This document shows positions 18,018 through 27,162 of a stretch of DNA of 32,000 nucleotides, in pieces. The translations under genes and the position numbers were made by a program. Source of the DNA: Massilicoli timonensis. Its GTDB lineage: Bacteria; Bacillota_I; Bacilli_A; Erysipelotrichales; Erysipelotrichaceae. The first letter of the stretch is position 1, and the number at the start of each line of letters is the position of its first letter. The stretch is from contig NZ_LT963434.1 in NCBI RefSeq assembly GCF_900199515.1, positions 333,272-365,271 of the forward strand, in the 5' to 3' direction. The notes under the pieces are model-generated. The model was not told the DNA's origin. It was given only the letters and a program-made list of their open reading frames with translations, and searched no databases.

Positions 18018-19299
18018 CCTTAAACTGCTCGATCACGGCAAGCGCCTGCATTGCATAGGCTTCCTTGCGCTCTTTCTTCTTCACTTCTTTTTCCAAACGC
18101 ATGATCCCGAAATTCGCATTCATCGGCTGAAAATATTTCGGATGAGCAGAGGTGATATAATGCGCCATTGCTCCCATCATGCAGGTCGGCGGTAAAACAA
18201 AGGGTTCTTTCCCCTGTAAGATCTGCGCCATATTGATCGCCGCATAAAGACCGCTGGCGGCACTCTCCACATATCCTTCCACTCCGCACATCTGTCCGCA
18301 GAAGAATAGATCCTCACGTCCCTTGAACTGATAAGTCGGCTTCAATACAAGCGGCGAACAAATATATGTATTGCGATGCATGACCCCGTATCGAACGATA
18401 TTGCACTGTTCCAGCCCGGGGATCATCCGCAGCACTTCCCGCTGGGCAGGCCAAGTAAGATGGGTTTGAAAACCAACGATATTATATAAGGAGGCAGCCG
18501 CATCATCCTGGCGCAGCTGTACCACCGCATAAGGACGGGTGCCATCCGGTTTTTCCAAACCGACCGGCTTCATCGGACCAAATAACAGCGTCTTCTTCCC
18601 TCGCCGTGCCATTTCTTCAAAAGGCATACAGCCCTCAAAATACTTTTCATCTTCAAAATGCTTGAGCGACACCACCTCCGCATGAATGAGCTTATCATAG
18701 AATGCGTGAAATTCTTCTTCATTCATCGGACAGTTGATATAGCTCGCTTCGCCTTTGTCATAGCGGGATTTATAATAGGCTTTGGTAAAATCGATGCTGT
18801 CTTTTTCAATGATCGGCGCCGCCGCATCATAGAAATAAAACGTATCCTCTTTCAACAATTCTTGAATAGATGAAGAAAGGGCATCGCTGGTAAGCGGTCC
18901 GCTCGCAATGATCGTCGGTCCTTCTAAGATCGTTTTGACTTCTTCATGAATGACGGTAATATTGGGATGATTGCGCAGGACATCGCTGACACTTTGCGAA
19001 AAGCTCACCCGATCTACGGCTAGTGCACTGCCCGCCGGCACCTGATGCGTATCCGCCATTTTCATGATCAGCGAATCCAATCGCCGCATTTCCTCTTTCA
19101 AAACACCGACCGCATTGCTTAAAGCGTTGGAGCGCAGGCTGTTGGAACAAACCAATTCCGCAAAGTGTTCGCTTTTATGTGCGGGCGTCATCTTGACCGG
19201 ACGCATTTCATATAAATTGACATGGATCCCGCGTTTGGCTAACTGCCAAGCCGCTTCGCTGCCAGCTAAGCCGGCACCGATCACATTAACGCTTTGCAT
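17998..19299 (-). CDS. trmFO: Methylenetetrahydrofolate--tRNA-(uracil54-C5)-methyltransferase TrmFO (Gid)
   Basis: 433 aa. [22 protein letters not shown]-binding N-terminus, [12 protein letters not shown], and [19 protein letters not shown]. Confidence 0.95.
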   Translation of the reverse strand: MQSVNVIGAGLAGSEAAWQLAKRGIHVNLYEMRPVKMTPAHKSEHFAELVCSNSLRSNALSNAVGVLKEEMRRLDSLIMKMADTHQVPAGSALAVDRVSFSQSVSDVLRNHPNITVIHEEVKTILEGPTIIASGPLTSDALSSSIQELLKEDTFYFYDAAAPIIEKDSIDFTKAYYKSRYDKGEASYINCPMNEEEFHAFYDKLIHAEVVSLKHFEDEKYFEGCMPFEEMARRGKKTLLFGPMKPVGLEKPDGTRPYAVVQLRQDDAAASLYNIVGFQTHLTWPAQREVLRMIPGLEQCNIVRYGVMHRNTYICSPLVLKPTYQFKGREDLFFCGQMCGVEGYVESAASGLYAAINMAQILQGKEPFVLPPTCMMGAMAHYITSAHPKYFQPMNANFGIMRLEKEVKKKERKEAYAMQALAVIEQFKDECESN

Positions 19300-21427
19300 C
19301 CTGCTTCCCTGCCTTTCTCGATCTTCCTGTTTTCACTTTTTCATCTTTTTTGATGTAACGGCATTTCGGGTAGTTGCTACAGCCGATAAATTTTGTGCCA
19401 TAGCGGGAGGTGCGTTCTACCAAAGCGCTGCCGCACTCCGGACACATTTCACCGATCGGCTTCGGCGCGGCTTTGCTTTTGGTGCTTTTGATCGTCTTAC
19501 ATTCCGGATAGTTGCTGCAAGCCAAAAAGCTGCCGTAACGCCCCTTTTTCATTACCATCGGTGCACCGCAGTTCGGACAGATCTCTTCGCTTTGCTCCTG
19601 TTCGCTTTTGGTATAGCGGCAGGTCGGAAAATTGATACAAGATACGAATTTACCATAACGCCCTTCGCGATAAACCAACTCGCCTCCGCACTCCGGACAT
19701 AATTCTCCGGTACGCTCCAGCTCTTTCTTTTCCATCTGCTCATATGCACGATCTAAAAGCGGCATAAAGGCATCATAGAATTTTTGTAATACCGCCAATC
19801 GATCCACTTCCCCGCTGGCTATCTCATCCAGCTCGCTTTCCATATTGGCCGTATACATCACATTGATAATGGAACTGAAAAACTCCTGCAGCTTTGCATC
19901 GGTCAATTCGCCCTGCTCGGTCGGCACAAATACTTTTGTACGACTGCCCTCGCTGCTTTTTTCCAGCGTCGCATAGTTACGTGCCTGCAGCGTGTCGATG
20001 ATCGAGGCATAAGTCGAAGGACGGCCGATCCCTTTTTCTTCCAGTTCTTTGATCAAGCGGGCTTCGGAATAACGCAAAGGCGGTTCGGTAAAATGCTGCT
20101 TGCCTTCCAGCTTCACCTGTTCCAGCACTTCCTGTTCGCAAAGCGGCGGCAGCACTTCATCTTTGATCTGCTCATATTCCCGATAGGTCTTCAGATAACC
20201 ATCGAAAACGATCGTCGATCCACTGGCGTTGAAATCACAGCCGTTGTTGCTGATCGTTGCACTGATGACATTTACCTGTGCAGCCGCCATCAAGGAAGCA
20301 AGGGTGCGAAGATAGATCAGACGATACAGCTTATACTCGTCACTTGTCAAATATTGTTTGATCGTATCCGGATGCCGCGTAATATCGGTCGGACGGATCG
20401 CCTCATGCGCATCCTGTGCATTGCTGTTGTTTTTCTGACGCAGTCTGCCGACATAAGATTTGCCAAACGTATGCTCGATATAAGCAAAACTATCTTTCAC
20501 AAAGCCTTCGCTCAAACGAGTCGAATCACTACGCATATAGGTGATCAAACCTTCGCTTGTTCCTCCCAAAGCAATTCCCTCGTACAGCTTCTGCGCGATC
20601 GTCATCGTCTTCTTGGCCCCAAATCCCAGCTTGGTGCTGGCCTCCTGCTGTAAAGTAGAAGTGATAAACGGCATTTTCGCTTCCTTTTTTCTGATCTTGC
20701 TTTCTAACGAAGCAACGACAAATGCCTCATGGCAGCGCTCGATAATAGCATTGCATGCGGCTTCATCAGGCAGTTTCGCCTTTTTACCATCCACTTTGGC
20801 TAAGGTTGCCGAAAAAGCTCCTTCCGCTTTCTGCACATTTGCATGCAGCGTCCAGTATTCTTCGCTTTTGAAGGCGCGGATCTCATTTTCCCGCTCCACG
20901 ATCAAGCGCAGCGCCACCGACTGCACACGTCCTGCCGATTTTGAGCGGATCTTGCTTTGCAACAATTTAGAAAGCTTAAAACCGATGATACGATCGACCA
21001 TGCGGCGCGCTTCCTGTGATTTTACCAGATCCTGATCGACTTTTCTTGGATGCCGCAACGCCTCTAAGATCGCCGGTTTCGTAATTTCATGAAATACGAT
21101 GCGGTTGTCATCCTCCATGTCCAACCCCAACTCGCTGGCCAAATGCCAAGCAATCGCTTCTCCTTCGCGGTCCGGGTCGCTTGCCAGATAAACCTGATCT
21201 GCTTTCTTCGCATATTTCTTCAATTCTTTTACAACTTCTTTTTTATCGGGACTCACTTTATAATTCGGTGTAAATTCATGCTCGATATCAATTCCCAATC
21301 CGCCTTTTCCACTGGTCGCCAGATCGCGAATATGTCCTTTGCTGGACATTACCTGATAATCGCTCCCCAAATATTTTTCGATCGTCTTCGATTTAGACGG
21401 TGATTCTACGATTACTAATTTGCTCAT
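19286..21427 (-). CDS. topA: DNA topoisomerase I
   Basis: 713 aa. TOPRIM N-terminus [18 protein letters not shown] and [12 protein letters not shown], active-site region ITYMRSDS, and three C-terminal CxxC...CxxC zinc ribbons plus a K-rich tail. GAGGAGG RBS. Confidence 0.95.
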   Translation of the reverse strand: MSKLVIVESPSKSKTIEKYLGSDYQVMSSKGHIRDLATSGKGGLGIDIEHEFTPNYKVSPDKKEVVKELKKYAKKADQVYLASDPDREGEAIAWHLASELGLDMEDDNRIVFHEITKPAILEALRHPRKVDQDLVKSQEARRMVDRIIGFKLSKLLQSKIRSKSAGRVQSVALRLIVERENEIRAFKSEEYWTLHANVQKAEGAFSATLAKVDGKKAKLPDEAACNAIIERCHEAFVVASLESKIRKKEAKMPFITSTLQQEASTKLGFGAKKTMTIAQKLYEGIALGGTSEGLITYMRSDSTRLSEGFVKDSFAYIEHTFGKSYVGRLRQKNNSNAQDAHEAIRPTDITRHPDTIKQYLTSDEYKLYRLIYLRTLASLMAAAQVNVISATISNNGCDFNASGSTIVFDGYLKTYREYEQIKDEVLPPLCEQEVLEQVKLEGKQHFTEPPLRYSEARLIKELEEKGIGRPSTYASIIDTLQARNYATLEKSSEGSRTKVFVPTEQGELTDAKLQEFFSSIINVMYTANMESELDEIASGEVDRLAVLQKFYDAFMPLLDRAYEQMEKKELERTGELCPECGGELVYREGRYGKFVSCINFPTCRYTKSEQEQSEEICPNCGAPMVMKKGRYGSFLACSNYPECKTIKSTKSKAAPKPIGEMCPECGSALVERTSRYGTKFIGCSNYPKCRYIKKDEKVKTGRSRKAGKQDAKR

Positions 21428-21461
21428 GGCAGTTCCTCCTCACTTGCTCATGTACCATTCC

Positions 21462-21491
21462 TTATTATTATCATTTTTCTGACTTTGTCAA
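21462..21491 (-). promoter_or_regulatory. Candidate sigma-A promoter of topA-trmFO-xerC
   Basis: On the reverse strand: TTGACA (21486-21491), 18-bp spacer, TAATAA (21462-21467). The region tgATAATAATAA offers several -10 registers. Confidence 0.45.
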
Positions 21492-21497
21492 ATGAAT

Positions 21498-22226
21498 TTA
21501 TAGTTTTTTCACTTCTTCCGGCGTGATCAGCGGTGTCGCTCCCTGCAAGATCAGCCAATTACAGCCGGCGCCTGCCTCAGATGCAAACGGATAAGGCACA
21601 CAATAAACCGACATCCCCAGATCCAATGCCACATTGACCGTATGCATCGTACCGCTTTTCATTGTTGCCTGGGTAACGATCAAGCAATCGCTTAAAGCGG
21701 CGATGATGCGATTGCGCCTTGGAAAATGATGCGCCAGCGGCTTGGTAAAAGGCGGATATTCACTGATTACCAGCTGCTGTTTTTTCAAATGTGCATACAG
21801 ATCACGATTTACCAACGGGTAACAATAAGCAGTCCCACAACCCAAGACCGCAATCGTATGCGTCGCATGAAGATGGGCAATGCGATCAATTCCCATCGCC
21901 ATCCCGGATACGATCACATAACGCTCCTTTAATGCGGAAACGATCATTTCCGTACATTTCACGCCATAATCACATGCCTTCCTGCTGCCTACGATGGCAG
22001 CGGAACGCTCTTTCAGCAGGTGCGGATCACCGATATAGAATAAAACAAAAGGCGGATCCGTCAGCCGATGTAATTGACGTGGATAGGCATCATCCAAGAT
22101 CGTAATCACATCACAGTCCACCTCACACTTCTCCCATCGTTCCTCCCGTTCGATCGCTTTTTGAATCTTCCCATATTCGCCTTGGTATTTCATCGCATAG
22201 GCAATCAACTGTTCTCTTAATGCCAT
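21498..22226 (-). CDS. dprA: DNA-processing protein DprA (Smf), short form
   Basis: 242 aa. Rossmann-fold core IVGSRKACDYG...VIVSGMAMGIDRIAHLHA...ISEYPP. It holds the conserved position upstream of topA. Confidence 0.8.
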   Translation of the reverse strand: MALREQLIAYAMKYQGEYGKIQKAIEREERWEKCEVDCDVITILDDAYPRQLHRLTDPPFVLFYIGDPHLLKERSAAIVGSRKACDYGVKCTEMIVSALKERYVIVSGMAMGIDRIAHLHATHTIAVLGCGTAYCYPLVNRDLYAHLKKQQLVISEYPPFTKPLAHHFPRRNRIIAALSDCLIVTQATMKSGTMHTVNVALDLGMSVYCVPYPFASEAGAGCNWLILQGATPLITPEEVKKL

Positions 22227-22270
22227 TTACATCACCCTGGCATTCCTTTACGCAATCTGCTGCTAAAATC

Positions 22271-22900
22271 CTAATCATCAAAAGCAAGATCCATCTGCAG
22301 CTGATCCATTTTGGCAACCGGTCCATAGCTATGCCGGTAAAAGTCAAGTACACCGTATTGCCGAAGTGCTTCCAGATGCGCTTTGGTCGGATATCCTTTA
22401 TGCTTCGCAAAGCCATATTGAGGATACTGCTCATCATAAGCATACATGATGCGATCTCTTGTTACTTTGGCTAAAATGCTGGCAGCGGCGATGCTGACAC
22501 TTTGCTGATCACCTTTCACGATTGCCAAAACATCTTTTTCACAAGCCGGCAACGGCATCGCATCAGTCAATACCCCATCACAGGCAAGTATCTCTGTAAT
22601 GTGCTGCATCGCATCCTGTGTCGCCCGATAAATATTCTTGCGATCGATCGTTTCCGGATCGACGATTTCGATATGATAGGCAAGCGCATCGTGCAAGATC
22701 ACTTCATAAAGCGCCTCCCGTTTCTTCTCACTTACTTTTTTAGAATCATAGATCGCTTCATGATGATAACCGACCGGAAAAATGACCCCGGCTACCACAA
22801 GCGGTCCTGCAATCGGTCCTCGTCCCGCTTCATCAATGCCGACGATGCGCCTTTTTCCATTTCCCCACCATGTCTTCTCATACTGATTCGCTGTTTCCAT
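22271..22900 (-). CDS. rnhB: Ribonuclease HII
   Basis: 209 aa. GIDEAGRGPIAGPLVVAGV, DSKKVSEKKRE, SIAAASILAKVTRD. It overlaps the rbgA 3' end by 23 nt. Confidence 0.93.
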   Translation of the reverse strand: METANQYEKTWWGNGKRRIVGIDEAGRGPIAGPLVVAGVIFPVGYHHEAIYDSKKVSEKKREALYEVILHDALAYHIEIVDPETIDRKNIYRATQDAMQHITEILACDGVLTDAMPLPACEKDVLAIVKGDQQSVSIAAASILAKVTRDRIMYAYDEQYPQYGFAKHKGYPTKAHLEALRQYGVLDFYRHSYGPVAKMDQLQMDLAFDD

Positions 22901-23768
22901 CGCTGCTCTCCCAACTGATCATGCCGATCTTTTCATCACGAATTTCCCGCATCAATGTTTCTACAGTGCGCTTTTCATCCATTTCCTCATTTTTCAATAA
23001 AAAGCCCCGCTGCTTTGCAATCACGATAAGCATCTGATACGGATCATCCAGTTCTTCACCGATTCCATAGCGTTCCTGCAAAAGATGTGGATAATGCTGC
23101 TTCAAATAGCGGAGCGCATAAACCGCTAATTCTTCCATCGGCAGTACATTGTCATTGATCGCTCCGGTAATGCCTAAGACAAAGCCGACCTGCGCATCTT
23201 CAAACTTCGGCCATAATACCCCCGGCGTATCTAACAATTCCAGCTCTTTTCCGACTTTTACCCATTGCAGCGCTTTGGTAACGCCCGGCCGATCTCCGGT
23301 CTGTGCAATCTTCTTGTTTGCCAGTCGATTGATCAAAGTAGACTTGCCGACATTGGGAATGCCTGCAACCATGACCCGAATCGCCCGCGGCTTGATCCCT
23401 CTGCGGATCTGTCGTTCGATCTTATCTTTCATCAATTCTTTGCATGCGGACACGATCGGTTTCATTAACGCATCCTGCTGTAAGTGAAATGCCAATACCC
23501 GGACATTTTCACTACTCAATTTTTGTACCCACTGCTTCGTAGCAGCAGGATCGGCCTTATCCGCTTTTGATAAGATCACCAGACGCGGCTTATTGCCGAT
23601 CAGAGCGGAAAGAAGCGGATTGGCAGATGCATGGGGAACTCTGGCATCCCGCAGTTCAATTACCATATCCACGACCTTCAGCTTTTCCTCCATCGCCCGC
23701 TTGGCTTTTGTCATATGACCGGGAAACCAATTTATCACAGAAGATGTAAAACTTTTATCACTGCTCAT
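22878..23768 (-). CDS. rbgA: Ribosome biogenesis GTPase A (YlqF/RbgA), circularly permuted GTPase
   Basis: 296 aa. INWFPGHMTKAKR, LSKADKAD (G4 before G1), GIPNVGKSTLINRL (G1), LLDTPGVLWPK (G3). Confidence 0.9.
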   Translation of the reverse strand: MSSDKSFTSSVINWFPGHMTKAKRAMEEKLKVVDMVIELRDARVPHASANPLLSALIGNKPRLVILSKADKADPAATKQWVQKLSSENVRVLAFHLQQDALMKPIVSACKELMKDKIERQIRRGIKPRAIRVMVAGIPNVGKSTLINRLANKKIAQTGDRPGVTKALQWVKVGKELELLDTPGVLWPKFEDAQVGFVLGITGAINDNVLPMEELAVYALRYLKQHYPHLLQERYGIGEELDDPYQMLIVIAKQRGFLLKNEEMDEKRTVETLMREIRDEKIGMISWESSDGNSESV

Positions 23769-23949
23769 TTATCAATCACTTCCTTTACTACAGCAATGTC
23801 TTGCATGACACTGTTTACAATTCTTTTATTACAATGAGAACCTGTTTTTTCATTGAACTGAATTTATACATTGTTCATAATTGATAATCACCATTTCTCC
23901 CTCTATTTTACAAGCATGCATCGTTTTTTCTTTCTTTACTTTCTTCTAA

Positions 23950-24005
23950 CAATAAATCAAACAATAAAAGTCCTACTGCTCAACCAAATGGCGCCATAGG
24001 ACTTT
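23950..24005 (-). terminator. Probable terminator of the downstream signal peptidase gene
   Basis: On the reverse strand: AAAGTCCTA-(21-nt loop containing the palindrome ATGGCGCCAT)-TAGGACTTT followed by the T-rich TATTGTTTGATTTATT. It begins 8 nt after the stop. Confidence 0.5.
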
Positions 24006-24013
24006 ATCTGTCT

Positions 24014-24583
24014 TTAACTGCCGTTCATGACCAGATGAAAACGTGAGAACGGATACAGCACGTACACATCCTTACTGACGATTTCACTTTCCTTGTAAGG
24101 CCCGGTTGCCCGCGAATCCAAAGAATTGACGCGATTATCCCCGACGACAAAATATTCATCATCGCCCAATACGACCGGCGCCACATCCGCAGTAAAATAC
24201 GGCTGTTCCTTCGTTGCCTCTTTCATATAGGCTTCATCCAAAAACGGCTCTTCCACATACTGATCATCGATATACAGTTTTCCTTCGCGATATTCCACTC
24301 GTTCATTAGGCAAGCCGATCACGCGCTTTACGATCAGGTTGCCGGTCGTGTGATCCTTTACCACAACGACATCAAAGCGCTGAATACCGCCGCTCAACAT
24401 CGAAAATACATTTGACAAGCCGATATCATCATCCTGCAAGGTCGGATACATAGAATCGCCTTTTACATGCACCGGTTTCAGTACAAGGGTCTTCAATAAA
24501 AAAGCCACGATCAGACAAACGATGATCAAACGCATATAAGAAAGCACTTCTAACAGCAGATCTTCTTTTTTCATCTTGCGCAT
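24014..24583 (-). CDS. lepB: Signal peptidase I (copy 2 in transcription order)
   Basis: 189 aa. N-terminal TM anchor, catalytic Ser box GDSMYPTL, Lys box VKRVIGLPNE, and GDNRVNSLDSR. AAGGGAGTGA RBS. Confidence 0.9.
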   Translation of the reverse strand: MRKMKKEDLLLEVLSYMRLIIVCLIVAFLLKTLVLKPVHVKGDSMYPTLQDDDIGLSNVFSMLSGGIQRFDVVVVKDHTTGNLIVKRVIGLPNERVEYREGKLYIDDQYVEEPFLDEAYMKEATKEQPYFTADVAPVVLGDDEYFVVGDNRVNSLDSRATGPYKESEIVSKDVYVLYPFSRFHLVMNGS

Positions 24584-24639
24584 GCTCGTTCACTCCCTTG
24601 CTTCTTTCTGATTTCATTATACATGATTTTGATATAAAA

Positions 24640-25293
24640 TTACTCCATAGATTTCATTTTGTCAAACGGAAATAAAATGAAACCGCTTGCGGAACGAATG
24701 TCCTCCAATGTAAACATCTCATCCACCATACGAGAATCAAAAGAAGCGCTGCGGTTATCACCCATCAAAAAGTATTCATCTTCACCAAGTGCAACTTCTT
24801 CAAAATCATCGGTAAAATAACCTTGCGCAGCTCTTATGCGTGCCACATAGTCCGCATCCAGATATGGTTCATCCAGCGCTTTTCCATCAATATAGATCGT
24901 ATCGTCTTTGCAGGAAATCGTTTCATTCGGCAAACCGATCACCCGTTTGACCCAGTATTCATCATCCGGCGCATATTTGACTACGACGATATCACCGCGC
25001 TCCACTTCCAAAAAACGCCGTTTGAATACATAAGACAATCCAAACTCACCGTCCTCCAGCGTCGGATACATACTGTTGCCATCCACCTGAATCGGCAAAA
25101 TAATAAAATGGCTGCATAGAAAAGCAAGGGCGAGCGCGCAGATGATGATCTTCCCCCAGCCGATCACTTCGTTATAGAAACGCTTTGAAGATACATCACG
25201 CAGTGCTGTTTTTGGTGCTGTTTTTGGTTCTGTTTTTGAATCAGTGATCGCATCCTGTTTCCGTGCATTTATTTCCTGATCTTTTCTTTCCAT
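24640..25293 (-). CDS. lepB: Signal peptidase I (copy 1) with an extended hydrophilic N-terminus
   Basis: 217 aa. GNSMYPTL, VKRVIGLPNE, GDNRSASFDSR. A ~45-aa K/T/P/E-rich cytoplasmic extension precedes the TM anchor. Confidence 0.9.
   Translation of the reverse strand: MERKDQEINARKQDAITDSKTEPKTAPKTALRDVSSKRFYNEVIGWGKIIICALALAFLCSHFIILPIQVDGNSMYPTLEDGEFGLSYVFKRRFLEVERGDIVVVKYAPDDEYWVKRVIGLPNETISCKDDTIYIDGKALDEPYLDADYVARIRAAQGYFTDDFEEVALGEDEYFLMGDNRSASFDSRMVDEMFTLEDIRSASGFILFPFDKMKSME
25204..25239 (-). repeat. In-frame 12-bp tandem repeat (3 copies: 2 identical, 1 diverged) inside lepB copy 1
   Basis: On the plus strand: tgctgtttttgg (25204-25215), tgctgtttttgg (25216-25227), ttctgtttttga (25228-25239). 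On the coding strand it encodes ...KTE-PKTA-PKTA... Confidence 0.85.
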
Positions 25294-25309
25294 GTTCTTC
25301 CCTCCATAA

Positions 25310-25336
25310 GATAAAAAGCCGGAATATCCCGGCTTC
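25310..25336 (-). terminator. Rho-independent terminator/attenuator directly after rplS
   Basis: On the reverse strand: TAA-g-AAGCCGG-gatatt-CCGGCTT followed by TTTTATCTTAT. The hairpin starts 1 nt after the rplS stop, and the lepB RBS (GGAGGG) follows the U-tract directly. Confidence 0.65.
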
Positions 25337-25687
25337 TTATTTGCGAATTTCTTTGATACGCGCTGCTTTCCCCGAACGGTTGCGCAGATAGAACAGTTTG
25401 TTTCTTCTTACCTTACCGTGGCGGATCACTTCGATCTTATCGATGATCGGTGAATGAATCGGGAAAGTACGTTCTACACCGATCTGATTGGAAATCTTAC
25501 GCACGATGATGGATTCATTGATTCCACCGCCCTGTTTTACGATGACCAAGCCTTCGAATACCTGAATACGGGACTTATCCCCTTCCTTGATCTTTACATG
25601 TACCTTTACTGTGTCGCCCGGACGGATTGCAGGTACGTCTTGCTTCAACTGTGATTTTGTTATTTCATTTACTAAGTTCAAATTCAT
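25337..25687 (-). CDS. rplS: 50S ribosomal protein L19
   Basis: 116 aa. [31 protein letters not shown] and [11 protein letters not shown]. Confidence 0.95.
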   Translation of the reverse strand: MNLNLVNEITKSQLKQDVPAIRPGDTVKVHVKIKEGDKSRIQVFEGLVIVKQGGGINESIIVRKISNQIGVERTFPIHSPIIDKIEVIRHGKVRRNKLFYLRNRSGKAARIKEIRK

Positions 25688-25803
25688 AATGACGTTCTCC
25701 TTTTCTTCTAGTCTATACGCTTTCGGCTCTTAACCGCGTAGGCCAGCGGAACCTGCGTGCCAATAGGCTTTTATATGTTAGCACTTCTGTCTTGCAATGT
25801 CAA
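25688..25803 (-). promoter_or_regulatory. rplS promoter plus structured 5' leader (candidate L19 autoregulatory leader)
   Basis: On the reverse strand: TTGACA (25798-25803), a 17-bp spacer ending in TGc, then TAACAT (25775-25780). The ~80-nt leader can fold as GGCA-CGCAGG-uuccgcugg-CCU(ac)GCG-...-GCC. A conserved L19 leader RNA is known upstream of rplS in low-GC Gram-positives, but I cannot verify a match to that family by eye. Confidence 0.4.
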
Positions 25804-25892
25804 TCCTTTTATTCGATTTCTTCCTGAAACCATGCTTTTTTCAAACTGTTATCACAAAGTCTTTATTCTCGATCGCCACAAGAAACTTCGTC

Positions 25893-26621
25893 TTATTCAT
25901 CAATCTCATCCGTTTTGATCTTCCTAAGCAGCATCTCCTCTTCATCGTTGCACACACGTCCCTCTAACAGATCGGGGCGTTTTAGATAGGTGCGCTTCAA
26001 AGACTGATACAATCGCCATTTGCGGATATTTTCATGATGACCCGACAATAACACTTCAGGAACGCGCTTGCCGTCAAATTCGATCGGTCTGGTATATTGC
26101 GGATACTCCAACAACCCGTTTTCAAAGGAATCATCTTCATGAGAATCTTGACGGATGACATCATCCAGCAATCTGATCACCGCATCGGCAATGACCAAGG
26201 CCGCGCCTTCTCCACCGGTCAGCACAAAGTCGCCGAGGGAAATTTCTTCATCGACATAATCACGGATCCGCTCATCAAATCCCTCATAATGACCGCAGAT
26301 CAAAACCAGATGTTCTAATGATGCAAAACGATGCGCGATCGGCTGTTGAAAGGTTTGTCCCTGTGGAGAAAGCAGCACCACATGACTGTGATCGCCCTTG
26401 ATCGCACGCAGCGCGTCTACGATCGGCTGCGGAGAAAGCACCATGCCCTGTCCGCCGCCACATGGCGTATCATCGACCTTGCGATGCTTATCCAGCGTAT
26501 AATCGCGAAAATTGACACATTCGATCTCTACCAGTTCTTGTTCCAGTGCCCGTTTGATGATCGAGGTGGTTTGAAAAGAATCAAAGAATTCCGGGAACAA
26601 TGTCAGGATCGTAATCTTCAT
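25893..26621 (-). CDS. trmD: tRNA (guanine37-N1)-methyltransferase
   Basis: 242 aa. ILTLFPEFF, DDTPCGGGQGMVL, ICGHYEGFDERI, SLGDFVLTGGE. It overlaps the rimM stop by 4 nt. Confidence 0.95.
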   Translation of the reverse strand: MKITILTLFPEFFDSFQTTSIIKRALEQELVEIECVNFRDYTLDKHRKVDDTPCGGGQGMVLSPQPIVDALRAIKGDHSHVVLLSPQGQTFQQPIAHRFASLEHLVLICGHYEGFDERIRDYVDEEISLGDFVLTGGEGAALVIADAVIRLLDDVIRQDSHEDDSFENGLLEYPQYTRPIEFDGKRVPEVLLSGHHENIRKWRLYQSLKRTYLKRPDLLEGRVCNDEEEMLLRKIKTDEIDE

Positions 26622-27118
26622 GACAGTCCCTCCATCCGTTTCAAATACAGCTTGCGTGATGGAATATCGATTTTCGGAAAAAAGACTTTTACAAAAGGCA
26701 CCAGCAGTTCTTCCTCCTCAAAGCGGATACGCAATACGACCTGTGCGCCGGTTTCGATCAGTTCTTTGACTTCCCCGACTGCGCCCGCTTCATCATAGAC
26801 CTTGCATTCCTTGAGCTGCCAGTAGTACGCTTCATCTTCCGATAACGGTGCAACATCCTCTTCTTTGATATAAAGGAGCGCTTTTTTCCATCCCTCTACC
26901 AGATTGATATCCGCATATCCCGCAAAGGAAACAAGCAGACGCCCTTTATGACGGCGCATGGAAGCAACTTGTAGCGGCACATATTCCCGATTGGTTCTTA
27001 TATACAGCTTCGCGCCTTTCTTAAAGCGTTCCTCGCCGAATGCCGTTAATTCTTTGATCGACAATTCTCCCTTTAAGCCATGGGTTGCGCAGATCACACC
27101 TACTTTGATATATTGCAT
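26618..27118 (-). CDS. rimM: 16S rRNA processing protein RimM
   Basis: 166 aa. The pattern GVICATHGLKGEL, a PRC-barrel C-terminus and the conserved position upstream of trmD. Confidence 0.88.
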   Translation of the reverse strand: MQYIKVGVICATHGLKGELSIKELTAFGEERFKKGAKLYIRTNREYVPLQVASMRRHKGRLLVSFAGYADINLVEGWKKALLYIKEEDVAPLSEDEAYYWQLKECKVYDEAGAVGEVKELIETGAQVVLRIRFEEEELLVPFVKVFFPKIDIPSRKLYLKRMEGLS

Positions 27119-27140
27119 GTCTTTCCCTCATTTCTCGGTT

Positions 27141-27162
27141 AAAAAAGAGTGCTGCTGCACTC
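27141..27162 (-). terminator. Rho-independent terminator/attenuator directly after ylqC
   Basis: On the reverse strand: TAA-GAGTGC-agca-GCACTC-TTTTTT. The hairpin abuts the stop codon, and the rimM RBS/ATG follow within 22 nt. Confidence 0.6.

Noticed and set aside
19064-19702. Long plus-strand ORFs antisense to the minus-strand genes. Examples are 19064..19702 (212 aa), 20093..20653, 20541..21035, 10667..11068, 26331..26798, 13719..14138 and 4308..4574.
   Set aside because: Each lies entirely inside a confidently identified housekeeping gene on the opposite strand. Their translations are low-complexity (S/R/P/C-rich), and none has an RBS. They are typical shadow ORFs caused by codon bias.
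19330-19720. Apparent threefold repetition at the 3' end of topA, considered as a DNA repeat.
   Set aside because: The repetition is at the protein-domain level: three CxxC...CxxC zinc ribbons typical of bacterial topoisomerase I. The DNA copies are diverged and are not a tandem nucleotide repeat.
23850-23894. A 14-codon mini-ORF (MVIINYEQCINSVQ) with a GAGGGAG upstream, in the rbgA upstream spacer; considered as a possible leader peptide.
   Set aside because: The SD-to-ATG spacing is too short (about 2-4 nt). There is no associated terminator/antiterminator pair and no amino-acid run suggestive of attenuation. It is most likely a chance ORF in AT-rich DNA.
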